Made by a program: the position numbers and the translations under genes | DNA from: a virus | Virus record (IMG/VR): IMGVR_UViG_3300025137_004926 | DNA length: 64,000 nt | Direction: 5' to 3' (one strand) | The notes under the pieces: generated by a model | Database searches by the model: none | The model's input: the letters and a program-made list of their open reading frames with translations, nothing else | Told to the model about the DNA's origin: nothing | Shown: in pieces, positions 1 to 9,391 of the stretch | How the letters are laid out: each line of letters opens with the position of its first letter | Position numbering within the stretch: the stretch's first letter is position 1

Positions 1-372
1 AAAAAGGCTATTGCCAATATATTTGAGCCAAAAGAAGATGGCACCGCAGTAGTATATCATATGATGGATGATTTTCATGTATATGATTTTCGTATGAATA
101 GGGCAGTAACAGAAGCAGAAGCAGAAGTGGTGTTAAAGTTGTTACAAAACTGGACTGACAAAGACTTTACTATGGAAATTACTACTAGTGAACAGTTTGA
201 TATTCCAGAGGGTGAGACCGAAATAGATTTATCTTCAATACGACATAATAGATGGGTATCTAGTCGTGTTGATGATGGTTGGAGATATGGTCTGCAATTT
301 AATGAAACTGAGAAAACTGATCCCAGATTACGACCGTACCACGAACTAACTGAAAAGTTGAAAAATCTATGA
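1..372 (+). CDS. RyR-domain protein (5'-partial; frame open from base 1)
   Basis: C-terminal HNRW..RVDDGWRYG..TDPRLRPYHEL matches the RyR repeat pattern (HxxW...GWxYG...HPxLxPYxxL); no stop in frame 1 upstream of the ATG at 61. Confidence 0.7.
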   Translation, partial: KKAIANIFEPKEDGTAVVYHMMDDFHVYDFRMNRAVTEAEAEVVLKLLQNWTDKDFTMEITTSEQFDIPEGETEIDLSSIRHNRWVSSRVDDGWRYGLQFNETEKTDPRLRPYHELTEKLKNL

Positions 373-429
373 TTTTCGACTTGACTTTAGAGTGAAAATG
401 ATATATTATTAAAGAATAGGTATATAAAA

Positions 430-969
430 ATGTCTGGAATAAAAAGAATATATGGTCTTGAAGAAAAGAACTACTTTAAGTTCTTTGGTATTGATGAAAA
501 GCAAGGGATAAGTGGGCGTAGTCTTACGACACACTATAAAAAAATTCTAACTATCCTTAAGAAGGACACTTCATTCACAGGTCAAGACAGATTAGCATTT
601 GCAAATAGGGCTTTCGAAACCCTTGCAGATCCTATTGCCCGTGCAAGATATATACTTGGACTAAAAGGTCATGAGAATGATTTTAGAGACGGTGTTAGAC
701 CTGATGATATTCTTTTTATTAATCAACTAAAACATCAATTAGAAGAACAACTTACTGTAGAAGACATAACACAATACATTGATGAATTGAAGGACCAAAC
801 ACAGTTCATTAAAGACCAAATAGAACAAAGTATTGATACATATCAGAATTACAAAACTGCTAGTGGATTATTGAATAGATTTTATGAAATATCAGAAATT
901 CACCAAGAAGCAAAACAAAAACAAGAAAAGATTCAAGAGGGGATAACCTATGTTGTATTTAACAGATAA
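430..969 (+). CDS. hscB: HscB-like Fe-S co-chaperone (J-domain, HPD motif absent)
   Basis: NYFKFFG...ANRAFETLADPIARARYIL is the HscB N-terminal pattern; helical C-terminus; adjacent to IscA genes. Confidence 0.7.
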   Translation: MSGIKRIYGLEEKNYFKFFGIDEKQGISGRSLTTHYKKILTILKKDTSFTGQDRLAFANRAFETLADPIARARYILGLKGHENDFRDGVRPDDILFINQLKHQLEEQLTVEDITQYIDELKDQTQFIKDQIEQSIDTYQNYKTASGLLNRFYEISEIHQEAKQKQEKIQEGITYVVFNR

Positions 970-1279
970 CTCTACAGCAAGAATTAAACAATGGTTGTCT
1001 CAGAACCCAAAACAAAAAGTGAGATTAAGTATAGATGTTGCCGGTTGTACTGGCTTCATGTACGAAGTTAAACTTGATGACAAATTCAACATAGAAGATG
1101 ACTTTGCAATTAAGTATAGTGACTTTGACATTCTCGTAGAGCATAAATATTTTCACACTATTGACGGAGCAACATTAGATTATATCACTGATCCTAAGAG
1201 TATGAGTTCGCATTTCGAACTTCAAAATAATCCAAATGAAAAAGCACGTTGCGGATGTGGAGAGAGTTTTACGGTATGA
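950..1279 (+). CDS. iscA: IscA/HesB-family A-type Fe-S carrier
   Basis: GCTGFMY and C-terminal CGCGESF motifs. Confidence 0.9.
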   Translation: MLYLTDNSTARIKQWLSQNPKQKVRLSIDVAGCTGFMYEVKLDDKFNIEDDFAIKYSDFDILVEHKYFHTIDGATLDYITDPKSMSSHFELQNNPNEKARCGCGESFTV

Positions 1280-1998
1280 ATGAAAGAATGAAAAGTGAGA
1301 AACATGCGATAAATCAAGCACGTAGATGCCAAAGAAATTGGGACCTTTCTAAAGAAGTAGATGAGGATCACATAGACCATTGGATTTACCTAGCAACTAC
1401 ATCACCATCAAAACAAGATGAGAGTTTTTTTGATTTATACGTTGTTACTGACAGAACAAAATTAGATTATCTCTACAAGGAACATTCGTGGGGCTTCACA
1501 ATGTTACCTGGTATGAAAGATTGGGTCGGAAGAAACCCACAAATGGGAGCAAACTGTTTGTTTGTTTTCAATAGAAAGATGAACGAAGAAGAAATTCGTA
1601 ATAACGAAAAAGATGGAAGCGTAAGAGATCCAAATGCGGCAAGTAGATGGGATAATGCGTTTACATCAATTGGTATAGCAAGTGGCATTGTAGCCTTTAG
1701 TGCAAATATGATGGGCTATGTTACTGGCTATGGAAAGAATTTTGGTTACATTGAAGAACCAAAGCACAGTCAGGATGTTTGGGGTGAAGTTCTCGGCATT
1801 AAGAAAGAAGATAACAACTTGACATATAGTTTGGGAATTGGTTACCCAGATGAAAGCCTTCAATGGTATCAAAGTAAAGATAACAACGAATACCTAACAG
1901 GAGGTCCTGTTAATTATTCAATAGAGTCTACTGACACTGATTTAAAGTATTCAACATATTCTAAATTAGCCAGAGATATAAAGGTGTGGCGAGTATGA
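1276..1998 (+). CDS. nitroreductase-family protein
   Basis: [37 protein letters not shown]; ATG at 1276 overlaps the iscA stop (ATGA). Confidence 0.65.
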   Translation: MNERMKSEKHAINQARRCQRNWDLSKEVDEDHIDHWIYLATTSPSKQDESFFDLYVVTDRTKLDYLYKEHSWGFTMLPGMKDWVGRNPQMGANCLFVFNRKMNEEEIRNNEKDGSVRDPNAASRWDNAFTSIGIASGIVAFSANMMGYVTGYGKNFGYIEEPKHSQDVWGEVLGIKKEDNNLTYSLGIGYPDESLQWYQSKDNNEYLTGGPVNYSIESTDTDLKYSTYSKLARDIKVWRV

Positions 1999-2318
1999 TT
2001 TTTACAGAAAAAGCGGCTACGAGAGTAGAAGAAATTATCATGGAACAAGGCGAAACCAACGATACAGCATTAAGAGTGTTTGTTGAAGGTGGCGGGTGCC
2101 ATGGTTTTAGTTACGGTTTTGGTTTTGAAAAAGACCTTAAGGATGATGATAGTGTCTATGAAACTAATGGCGTAAAGTTAGTAGTAGATAGTATGTCAAT
2201 TATGTATCTAGCAGATGCAAAAGTAGATTATATCTCTAGCCTACAAGGCGACAGATTTGTAATCGATAATCCGGAAGCACAAACTACATGTGGATGTGGT
2301 AGTAGTTTCTCAGTGTAA
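1995..2318 (+). CDS. erpA: ErpA/IscA-family Fe-S insertion protein
   Basis: [32 protein letters not shown]; ATGA overlap with the upstream stop. Confidence 0.85.
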   Translation: MIFTEKAATRVEEIIMEQGETNDTALRVFVEGGGCHGFSYGFGFEKDLKDDDSVYETNGVKLVVDSMSIMYLADAKVDYISSLQGDRFVIDNPEAQTTCGCGSSFSV

Positions 2319-2344
2319 TCAACCAGAGGACGAAAGAGAAGATA

Positions 2345-2584
2345 ATGGAAATAAAAGATAAAGTGTATGAAATAACTGCACGAAAAATGAAACGACAGGT
2401 CTCTGACTTGAATGATGATACCAATCTAAAGAAAGATTTGGGTGCTGATAGTATCGATACAGTTGAAATTGTATTTGAAGTAGAAGAATTTTATAAAATT
2501 GCTATTCCAGATGAATATGCAGAAAAGATACATACTATCGGTGATGCAGTCAAGTGCGTAGAGGACATGTTTAATAATCAATAG
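2345..2584 (+). CDS. acpP: acyl carrier protein
   Basis: DLGADSIDTVEIV phosphopantetheine-Ser motif, 79 aa, acidic. Confidence 0.9.
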   Translation: MEIKDKVYEITARKMKRQVSDLNDDTNLKKDLGADSIDTVEIVFEVEEFYKIAIPDEYAEKIHTIGDAVKCVEDMFNNQ

Positions 2585-2596
2585 GAAAAATAGATT

Positions 2597-3049
2597 ATGT
2601 CGAAAACTCTAAGGTGGTGGTTGTTCTTTTGTATATCACTAACAGTCATGGGAATAGGTTATTATTTCGGACTGTTTAATGAATTATATGAAAAGGATGT
2701 AACTAAGATTAGCTTTGGTATTATACTCTTGTATATATTTACAAGTTTATATATCGGTAAGTTAACGATGGATTATAAGGAAGGTGAAGATATCGAGGCA
2801 GGTTTGGGCGTCGGTTGGTTCATATCAGAAAGTATGTTGGCGTTAGGTATGATAGGTACTGTAGCAGGATTTATTCTGATGTTAGGTTCTAGTTTTGAAG
2901 GATTGGATGTAGAAGATACAGCAAGTCTTAAATCAACACTTACTGCAATGGCATTAGGTATGAGTACTGCGTTATACACGACACTTACCGGTCTTATATT
3001 CAGTCAGTTTACTAAGATACAGTTAGTCAACCTTGAGAGTCGTGACTAA
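2597..3049 (+). CDS. MotA/TolQ/ExbB proton-channel family membrane protein
   Basis: LGMIGTVAGFI...GMSTALYTTLTGL transmembrane signature. Confidence 0.8.
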   Translation: MSKTLRWWLFFCISLTVMGIGYYFGLFNELYEKDVTKISFGIILLYIFTSLYIGKLTMDYKEGEDIEAGLGVGWFISESMLALGMIGTVAGFILMLGSSFEGLDVEDTASLKSTLTAMALGMSTALYTTLTGLIFSQFTKIQLVNLESRD

Positions 3050-3684
3050 TGAACAGAGGCAAGTACAAAAGCACAGTAGGATTTACAGACTTATTATTCA
3101 ACTTATTAGTAGGGTTTGTATTTCTATTCATCATTGCTTTTATTTTAATCAATCCAATAACAAAGAAAGCAGATGTACCTAAAAAAGCAGAGTACATGAT
3201 TGTTATGGAATGGCCTACAGAAGTATCAGATGATATTGACTTATGGGTCAAAGATCCTGAAGGTAATACAGTTTCTTTTGTAAAGAAAGAAAACGGTTAT
3301 ATGAATCTTGAAAAAGATGATTTGGGGCACTCCAATGATATGACTGTAGATGAGTATGGTAATAAAAAGATTATCTATATCAATAGAGAGGTAATAACAT
3401 TACGTGGTACTTTAAAAGGACAATACCAAGTAGCGGCTCATGTATACGCAATGCGACCATGGCAAGCAAAAAAGAATATTGATGTAAAGGATTTGATAAT
3501 TAAGGTAAAAATTATTAAAATAAATCCTTATAGAGAAATGTACATAGGTGATACAAATTATTCATTAAAAGGACAAGAACTATCATTAGTTAACTTTTGG
3601 CTAGACAAAGATGGGAATTTTGTTAAATACAATACGTTAGATAATAATATTATAACGAGAAAAGCAAGAAACGGCGGGCTTTAA
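3049..3684 (+). CDS. single-TM partner of the MotA/ExbB-like protein (TM Asp) with a YfaP/DUF2135-like soluble domain
   Basis: FTDLLFNLLVGF (Asp at TM start as in MotB/ExbD); DIDLWVKDPEG..LEKDDLG..REVITL. Confidence 0.55.
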   Translation: MNRGKYKSTVGFTDLLFNLLVGFVFLFIIAFILINPITKKADVPKKAEYMIVMEWPTEVSDDIDLWVKDPEGNTVSFVKKENGYMNLEKDDLGHSNDMTVDEYGNKKIIYINREVITLRGTLKGQYQVAAHVYAMRPWQAKKNIDVKDLIIKVKIIKINPYREMYIGDTNYSLKGQELSLVNFWLDKDGNFVKYNTLDNNIITRKARNGGL

Positions 3685-3708
3685 TCCGCACATATATGGA
3701 GACGTTAA

Positions 3709-4395
3709 ATGTTGTATTCAGTAGAGTTAGCGCCATTATTCATTTCACTGTTCTTTTTAGCATGTGTTGTACTTTGGTTCGCAATAAAAAATCATAGAAA
3801 CGCATTACTATTAGGTTTAGTTATACCTTTAACACTGGCGACTGTAGTTATTAGTTATATGTCAGTAGACAGGATATTAGGTTATCCTATCAATGCAACA
3901 ATTAAAGCAGATTCAGTTTATATATCTCATATAGAGTCACTTGATGGCGAGAGTATATATGTATGGGTAGTAGAACCAGGAAGTGCTAAACCTCGTGCAG
4001 TAAGTATAGCAAATACAAAAAACAATAAAAAACAAATGCAAGATGCAAAAGATAAATCTAAAGAAGGTATTAAGCAACAAATGTCACCAGTATCTAAAAT
4101 TCTAAATAAAGAAGAAATGAAAGGTAGAGGTATGACAGCAGGTGGAGAGTATGCTACATATGATTTTAGAATAGGTGGCGGAAGTCTAAAAGATATTAAT
4201 CCTAGATTAGGTTTACCTTCAGAACAAGATCCTGATGAAGAACAATCTCCTCAAGCTAACCCACCTAGTATAAGCCATATGGACCTAGAGAATGCCGAAG
4301 ATGTTGTAATGACTCAAACAGTTGTTCCTTATGAAGAATTGCCTGATATGGAAGATGCGTCAAATCATACAGTGGATGAGAATACTGACTTTTAG
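3709..4395 (+). CDS. membrane protein (two N-terminal TMs), third gene of the MotA-like module
   Basis: two hydrophobic segments, then a soluble domain and acidic Pro-rich tail. Confidence 0.6.
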   Translation: MLYSVELAPLFISLFFLACVVLWFAIKNHRNALLLGLVIPLTLATVVISYMSVDRILGYPINATIKADSVYISHIESLDGESIYVWVVEPGSAKPRAVSIANTKNNKKQMQDAKDKSKEGIKQQMSPVSKILNKEEMKGRGMTAGGEYATYDFRIGGGSLKDINPRLGLPSEQDPDEEQSPQANPPSISHMDLENAEDVVMTQTVVPYEELPDMEDASNHTVDENTDF

Positions 4396-4397
4396 CA

Positions 4398-4426
4398 TTG
4401 ACACTATAACGAATCTGTGTTATTAT
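4398..4426 (+). promoter_or_regulatory. sigma70-type promoter with GAATC in the spacer
   Basis: TTGACA 4398-4403, GAATC 4411-4415, TGtTATTAT 4418-4426. Confidence 0.7.
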
Positions 4427-4435
4427 TATTAATCA

Positions 4436-4615
4436 ATGAGAAAACAAGGACGTATAGGCATGTATCAGACAAACTTAAAGGTACTCTCAGTAAAAGAGTT
4501 ACTAAAAGAATTCTACAGAATACGACATAAAGGTTCACCTTCACATGAAGATTTAATGAAGTGGATGGAAGTTTATTCTGAACTATCTTATCGAAAAATT
4601 CAAATAGATGAATAA
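4436..4615 (+). CDS. small hypothetical protein (not in ORF track; alternative start 4460)
   Basis: MRKQGRIGMYQTNLKVLSVKELLKEFYRIRHKG...IQIDE*; directly downstream of the promoter; AAGGA before ATG 4460. Confidence 0.55.
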   Translation: MRKQGRIGMYQTNLKVLSVKELLKEFYRIRHKGSPSHEDLMKWMEVYSELSYRKIQIDE

Positions 4616-4623
4616 ATATAGAT

Positions 4624-4812
4624 ATGTTATACGTCATACTATTCTTTTGTGTAATTTTATTGGGTATGGTTATTGGTGTAGTTTGGGTTCATGAACAATC
4701 ATACAAAGTACCTCACATACCACCTGATCCAATGGAACAAAGAGTAGCAGACATTAAAGAAAGAATCTTCATACAACAAAAGAAGATTAATTCATCAAAA
4801 AGCGTTTCTTGA
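4624..4812 (+). CDS. small membrane protein
   Basis: N-terminal TM helix; ATAAATA at 4612-4618 just upstream. Confidence 0.55.
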   Translation: MLYVILFFCVILLGMVIGVVWVHEQSYKVPHIPPDPMEQRVADIKERIFIQQKKINSSKSVS

Positions 4813-4925
4813 AATCTACGTTCAGTAATGAACATATAAGACAAGAGCGGGTTGTTACGAAATAAACACGCAAGGGATCATGGTTAATCCCTTAAGATAA
4901 ATATAGACGTAGTTAACAAAAGTCT

Positions 4926-5001
<76 letters not shown>

Positions 5002-5018
5002 TACAGAAAGGTAATAAA

Positions 5019-5234
5019 ATGAAGCCAGGCGAAGCAATTATGATAGCCGCAAGGAAACAAGCGGAGGGAGAAATAGCAATCCACCTAGCAAATATTCAGG
5101 TCTATCAAACAATGCCTGCAGGTATCGGAGAACACTCAGATGTTACCGAAGCAGTTATTGAAGAACTTAATAAGCTGGCGGCCGCACACGACCGTCTTGA
5201 AATGCTCAAAGAGTATTTCGAAAAAGCTGAATAA
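5019..5234 (+). CDS. phage hypothetical protein (AGIGEH motif)
   Basis: ATG at 5019 after the tRNA with AAAGG upstream; helical 71-aa protein. Confidence 0.7.
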   Translation: MKPGEAIMIAARKQAEGEIAIHLANIQVYQTMPAGIGEHSDVTEAVIEELNKLAAAHDRLEMLKEYFEKAE

Positions 5235-5243
5235 TAAAATTTA

Positions 5244-5328
5244 GCCCATGTGGTGAAATTGGTAGACACGCAGGTTTTAGGTACCTGTGCTTCACGGCGT
5301 GGGGGTTCAAGTCCCTCCATGGGCACCA
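5244..5328 (+). tRNA. tRNA-Leu(TAG)
   Basis: GCCCATG/CATGGGC stem, CAGGT-TT-TAG-GT-ACCTG anticodon arm, long variable arm, CCA. Confidence 0.95.
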
Positions 5329-5359
5329 TCTATTTAAACTTAATACAAGGAATAACAGA

Positions 5360-5791
5360 ATGAAATTAACGTATATCGTTACACTCGCTAGTAGCCTCTT
5401 AATTGGATCGTTTGCTTATGCAGAAGACATGACTATTGAAATGTTAAACAAACGTGACGATGGAGCAAAGATGGTTTATAGCGAAGACATTGCACGTATT
5501 GACGTGGGCGATACAATTACTTGGGTACCAACATCTAAAGGACATAATGTACATTTTATTGCAGGTCCAGATGGTTGGGATAAACCAAAGAAGTCAAAGA
5601 ACAACAAAGAGGTTGCTCTAACATTCGACACGCCAGGCATTTATTTGTATCAATGCACACCACATGCAAGTATGGGTATGATTGCACTTATAGTTGTAGG
5701 TGATGATACCTCTAACCTAGATGCATTAAAGAAAGCAAAAGTACGTGGTAAATCGAAAAAGAAACTTAAAGGTCTAATGCAGGATCTTTAA
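5360..5791 (+). CDS. pseudoazurin-type blue copper protein with signal peptide
   Basis: signal peptide; GHNV and YQCTPHASMGM type-1 Cu ligands (His, Cys, His, Met). Confidence 0.85.
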   Translation: MKLTYIVTLASSLLIGSFAYAEDMTIEMLNKRDDGAKMVYSEDIARIDVGDTITWVPTSKGHNVHFIAGPDGWDKPKKSKNNKEVALTFDTPGIYLYQCTPHASMGMIALIVVGDDTSNLDALKKAKVRGKSKKKLKGLMQDL

Positions 5792-6210
5792 TGAACTATT
5801 TTAAAAACATAAGCGAAAAACTACCGGACTTCTGTTTATCACATTGGTTGTACAGAATTCCTTTGGCCATTGTTTTTATTCAACAAGGACTAAGTAAGTT
5901 TCCAGTATCCGTAGAAGATGCTGAAAGTTTTGGTCTGCCATATTTGGTTTGGTGGGTTGTCTCTTATGGTGAACTAGGCGCAGGTTTAGGACTCATTGTA
6001 GGAGGCATATTCCACACACAAAAAATGCCACATTGGATAGGTGACATTTTTACACGTTTCTCTGGAATTACAATCTGTTGTATAATGACAGGTGTTATCT
6101 GGGTAGGCGAACCAGAAAGTCTATTAGACGTAATCTTATATGACAATCTACACGTATTTTTATGGGTAGGTGGTTTGTTTTTTGCATTACGAGGTAATAG
6201 GGCTAAATAA
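5791..6210 (+). CDS. DoxX-family membrane protein
   Basis: RIPLAIVFIQQGLSK..GELGAGLGLIVG..TRFSG pattern, several TMs. Confidence 0.7.
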   Translation: MNYFKNISEKLPDFCLSHWLYRIPLAIVFIQQGLSKFPVSVEDAESFGLPYLVWWVVSYGELGAGLGLIVGGIFHTQKMPHWIGDIFTRFSGITICCIMTGVIWVGEPESLLDVILYDNLHVFLWVGGLFFALRGNRAK

Positions 6211-6216
6211 GGATGT

Positions 6217-6507
6217 ATGGCAAGAGTTGGAAGAAAACGGGTCCTGCAATGGATCAAAGAAGATTACGCTACTAACCCTGTAAGATTTACTACAGAGGTT
6301 TGTGGGATGACCTTAAACTTAATGGCCGCAATAATACTAATGTGGTATAGCCCAAATCCTCCAATGTTTTGGGCTTACATTTTTTTCATACTAGCTAGTG
6401 GATTATTAATGGTGGCGGCTTTCAGCCGTAAATCATTTGGATTTACTTTTATGTATATCGTTTATTTGATGATAGATGGTATAGGTTTTTTGAAAACTTT
6501 ACTTTAA
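6217..6507 (+). CDS. small membrane protein (3 TMs)
   Basis: hydrophobic ORF with GGA SD. Confidence 0.65.
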   Translation: MARVGRKRVLQWIKEDYATNPVRFTTEVCGMTLNLMAAIILMWYSPNPPMFWAYIFFILASGLLMVAAFSRKSFGFTFMYIVYLMIDGIGFLKTLL

Positions 6508-6678
6508 TTACTTTTTCTTTGCGACTGAACCTTTATTTGGTCCTTTTTTTATTACGTAATCTTGTGTACCATTATTTCCAATATTTACTTCTTTTCGTAG
6601 GAAACGAGAAAGAAGTTTCTGTTTCGCTTCACGTAACATCTTAGTTGTATACCCGGTTAGCGATTTAGTGTCTCTCAT
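6508..6678 (-). CDS. small basic hypothetical protein (not in ORF track)
   Basis: MRDTKSLTGYTTKMLREAKQKLLSRFLRKEVNIGNNGTQDYVIKKGPNKGSVAKKK*; AAGGA SD; fills the gap exactly. Confidence 0.65.
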   Translation of the reverse strand: MRDTKSLTGYTTKMLREAKQKLLSRFLRKEVNIGNNGTQDYVIKKGPNKGSVAKKK

Positions 6679-6689
6679 ATAATCCTTAG

Positions 6690-6959
6690 TTATTCATCAT
6701 ATCTGGATACATCTGAACGATTATTACCGCTTGTGTCAGATTCATTGATATCAGACATTTCTTGTCTAAATGCATCACAATCTTCTGATGTTGTAAAAGC
6801 AATCTTAGTGTATTCACCAGCTAAACCCATAGTAATGATATCCATTTCTATAATTTTATTTTCAGCTACATAACGGTCATAAATTGCCTGTGCATCATCT
6901 GAGCATTGCTTACCGTCTTCGCCTGTACCTTCGTTTTTAAATCTTAATATATGTGGCAT
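6690..6959 (-). CDS. hypothetical acidic protein
   Basis: GGGAGA SD and minus-strand ATAAATA (6982-6988) upstream. Confidence 0.65.
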   Translation of the reverse strand: MPHILRFKNEGTGEDGKQCSDDAQAIYDRYVAENKIIEMDIITMGLAGEYTKIAFTTSEDCDAFRQEMSDINESDTSGNNRSDVSRYDE

Positions 6960-6993
6960 CGTTGTCTCCCTAATATACTACTATTTATCTATT

Positions 6994-7410
6994 TTAGCAC
7001 ACAGTGATAGCAAATCGCCAATCTGTGATATTTCTTACTGTATGATGCACGTTTACTGCTAATTTATGCCATTCTTCTTTGGGTATTATAACAGAATCTA
7101 TAGGTTCTTGTACAAATTCTTCATACCAACATGTCTCTGCATTTTGTCCACCAGTTTGTATAATATAATTAATTGCAAATTCTCTACCTCTATCTGTGTG
7201 TATTGGTATATCCTTTGTTAATGTCTGATATCTAAATTTAGTACAATCAGGGAATAACTCTTGCAAATATTCCTTAAGTTCTGGTTGGCATTCGTGTATT
7301 GTATAATTCTTACTTTTGCCTCCAAATATATTTTCAAGTTTCAATACTTCTTCTAGTGGAAGTATCAAATCTTTTGGTATTTTTGGTAAGTCTAATTTGG
7401 TGTAGTTCAT
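6994..7410 (-). CDS. cupin/2OG-Fe(II) oxygenase-like protein
   Basis: IHTD...HHTVRN..WRFAIT (HxD...H triad plus Arg). Confidence 0.55.
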   Translation of the reverse strand: MNYTKLDLPKIPKDLILPLEEVLKLENIFGGKSKNYTIHECQPELKEYLQELFPDCTKFRYQTLTKDIPIHTDRGREFAINYIIQTGGQNAETCWYEEFVQEPIDSVIIPKEEWHKLAVNVHHTVRNITDWRFAITVC

Positions 7411-8087
7411 AATAGTAACTCTTTCAATGTTGGCATACTATCAGTGCTTAATGAAATAAAAAATTGATATACATTATCACCGATAGCACTTGCATCATGT
7501 ATTACGTGTGTATCTGTTATATATAATCTACCTGCTTCTATATCTTTTTCTCTTACTAAATCATATGATAGATTACCCTCTGCCACTTCTCTTGGACTAG
7601 CCGTTTTTCTATCTTTATCAAATTGAAATATCATATTATCTGGATCATTTGTTCCCCATAGTCTAATAATATCACTAGGTATTTTAGTATCTGTATGAGG
7701 TTTAAAATGTCCAGTAGTATGCCACTTTAATATAGCACTTCTATACATAAAAGGTTTAATTGGTTCAAGAGGATCAAAGCATGATTCTGCCAACATTGGA
7801 GTAGGTGAAGTACATTTCGGGTCACGTACTTTATCTTCTTCTTTCTTTCCTTCATTCCATTGATTTAATGGATAACATATAGGTTCTGGATTGTTGAACA
7901 TATCTCCGTTTAAATTAACGAGAGGAGCTCCATATCTTGGATATTCAGTGTGTTTAGTACCCCAACGTCTAAATGCGTATCTGTATTCATGCATTTGTTC
8001 TTCAAACAAATTTACATCAATTTTCATATCAAGAGGTTGTAATACAGTTGGATGAAACTTATTATATTCTTCTAGTCCTAATGACAT
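7407..8087 (-). CDS. Asp/Asn beta-hydroxylase-like 2OG-Fe(II) oxygenase
   Basis: GHFKPHTD...GRLYITDTHVIHDA. Confidence 0.6.
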   Translation of the reverse strand: MSLGLEEYNKFHPTVLQPLDMKIDVNLFEEQMHEYRYAFRRWGTKHTEYPRYGAPLVNLNGDMFNNPEPICYPLNQWNEGKKEEDKVRDPKCTSPTPMLAESCFDPLEPIKPFMYRSAILKWHTTGHFKPHTDTKIPSDIIRLWGTNDPDNMIFQFDKDRKTASPREVAEGNLSYDLVREKDIEAGRLYITDTHVIHDASAIGDNVYQFFISLSTDSMPTLKELLL

Positions 8088-8102
8088 TTCGTGTCCTTTA
8101 CA

Positions 8103-8690
8103 TTAATAGTAACCGAAAGCCCAATACTTCTCTTTACACCACCAACATTCTTTACATGGTCTAGGCAAACTTTCGCTTTCACAACTGATAGTTAAATTTG
8201 CTAAATCTTGTAAATTATGCTCGTTATATAATTCTGCTATCGTTTGTTTAGTACTATTTATAAACGGACGATAGTGATATACCCCATGTGATGAGATTAC
8301 TCTAATTTCTCGCTTTTTATCTCGACTTTCATCACGTCCTTCTATCAATAATTCAGAGGGATTTAGTGTCATACCAGTTAATACACCTGATGCTTTATGT
8401 TTATCAATAAGTCTATCTCTAGTTTTGGTTCTATTGTTTCGTGCTTCATTTCTATCTTTATAGTAACCAATATAATGTTCTTCAATTCTGTTTGGAAATC
8501 TAGCATGTAACCAATTTGTAATTGCTATTACATTAAATAGATTATAGTAATTTAAAGATTGATGGCATACGCTACTTAAGACCAGCTTTGTATTTGGTAA
8601 CTCTTTTAGCACTAGATAAGAGAGCAACGCACTATCAAGTCCGCCACTCAGCATCATTACATATGTTCCAGAGTTAGGTACATCTTTCAT
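8103..8690 (-). CDS. QueC-like PP-loop ATP pyrophosphatase
   Basis: MLSGGLDS PP-loop; TISC...PCKECWWC Zn motif. Confidence 0.7.
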   Translation of the reverse strand: MKDVPNSGTYVMMLSGGLDSALLSYLVLKELPNTKLVLSSVCHQSLNYYNLFNVIAITNWLHARFPNRIEEHYIGYYKDRNEARNNRTKTRDRLIDKHKASGVLTGMTLNPSELLIEGRDESRDKKREIRVISSHGVYHYRPFINSTKQTIAELYNEHNLQDLANLTISCESESLPRPCKECWWCKEKYWAFGYY

Positions 8691-9391
8691 TATTTTATAC
8701 CAGTAAAACTACGATGTACTGTGTTATCTAAAACTTTTTTATAATCTTTATTCTTAGTTAAGTCTTTCAATTTAGAATCTTGTGAAATCAATTCTTCTTC
8801 ACTTCTAAATTCAGATGGCAGACCAAGTCTTTCAAACACTTCATATATTGATAGTTGTTCTAAATCAAAGAAGTTTTCTATGTTTGTATTTTCTATGTTA
8901 ATCTGTTTAATCATACGTGCATCATTCTCATACCAATCATAATGTGGATATGATATATCCCAACCACCTACTTTATTTCTCCACCAATCAAAACAAAAAT
9001 TAGATGGCATATATACAGCCATAATCTTTGCTTTTGGAAATAAGTCTTGTAGTAAAGGAAGATGATATGCAAACCAATGACTTTTTATTATCTTAACACC
9101 ATAGTTAAAATCTCTATATGGCTTCTTGAATTCTTTTATGATTTCATCTTTTGTCATATCTTGTAGATTATCAAATCGTTGACCTTGATTATGATATGGC
9201 CCCCAATAAGCACCTCGATGCCAACCATACTGTTTTGTTTTACCATCAGGCGTAACATAGTCTCTGGCGTATTCTAGTTCACTTCTTTCGTCACTAATAT
9301 TGATATTTGGATTAGTACTAATAGCACGTAAGGTGCCACTCCATCTACTCCCAGGAGCACCTGTTGCCAATATTAAATCTTGTCCGTCCAT
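8690..9391 (-). CDS. P-loop/sulfotransferase-like protein (TGAPGSRWS family)
   Basis: N-terminal TGAPGSRWS, IIKSH; paralog of 10461-11174. Confidence 0.5.
   Translation of the reverse strand: MDGQDLILATGAPGSRWSGTLRAISTNPNINISDERSELEYARDYVTPDGKTKQYGWHRGAYWGPYHNQGQRFDNLQDMTKDEIIKEFKKPYRDFNYGVKIIKSHWFAYHLPLLQDLFPKAKIMAVYMPSNFCFDWWRNKVGGWDISYPHYDWYENDARMIKQINIENTNIENFFDLEQLSIYEVFERLGLPSEFRSEEELISQDSKLKDLTKNKDYKKVLDNTVHRSFTGIK

Noticed and set aside
8103-8690. Assigning this gene as the queC of the deazaguanine pathway
   Set aside because: It lies in a different operon about 25 kb away and lacks clear QueC-specific motifs beyond the PP-loop and Zn site, so no gene symbol was given
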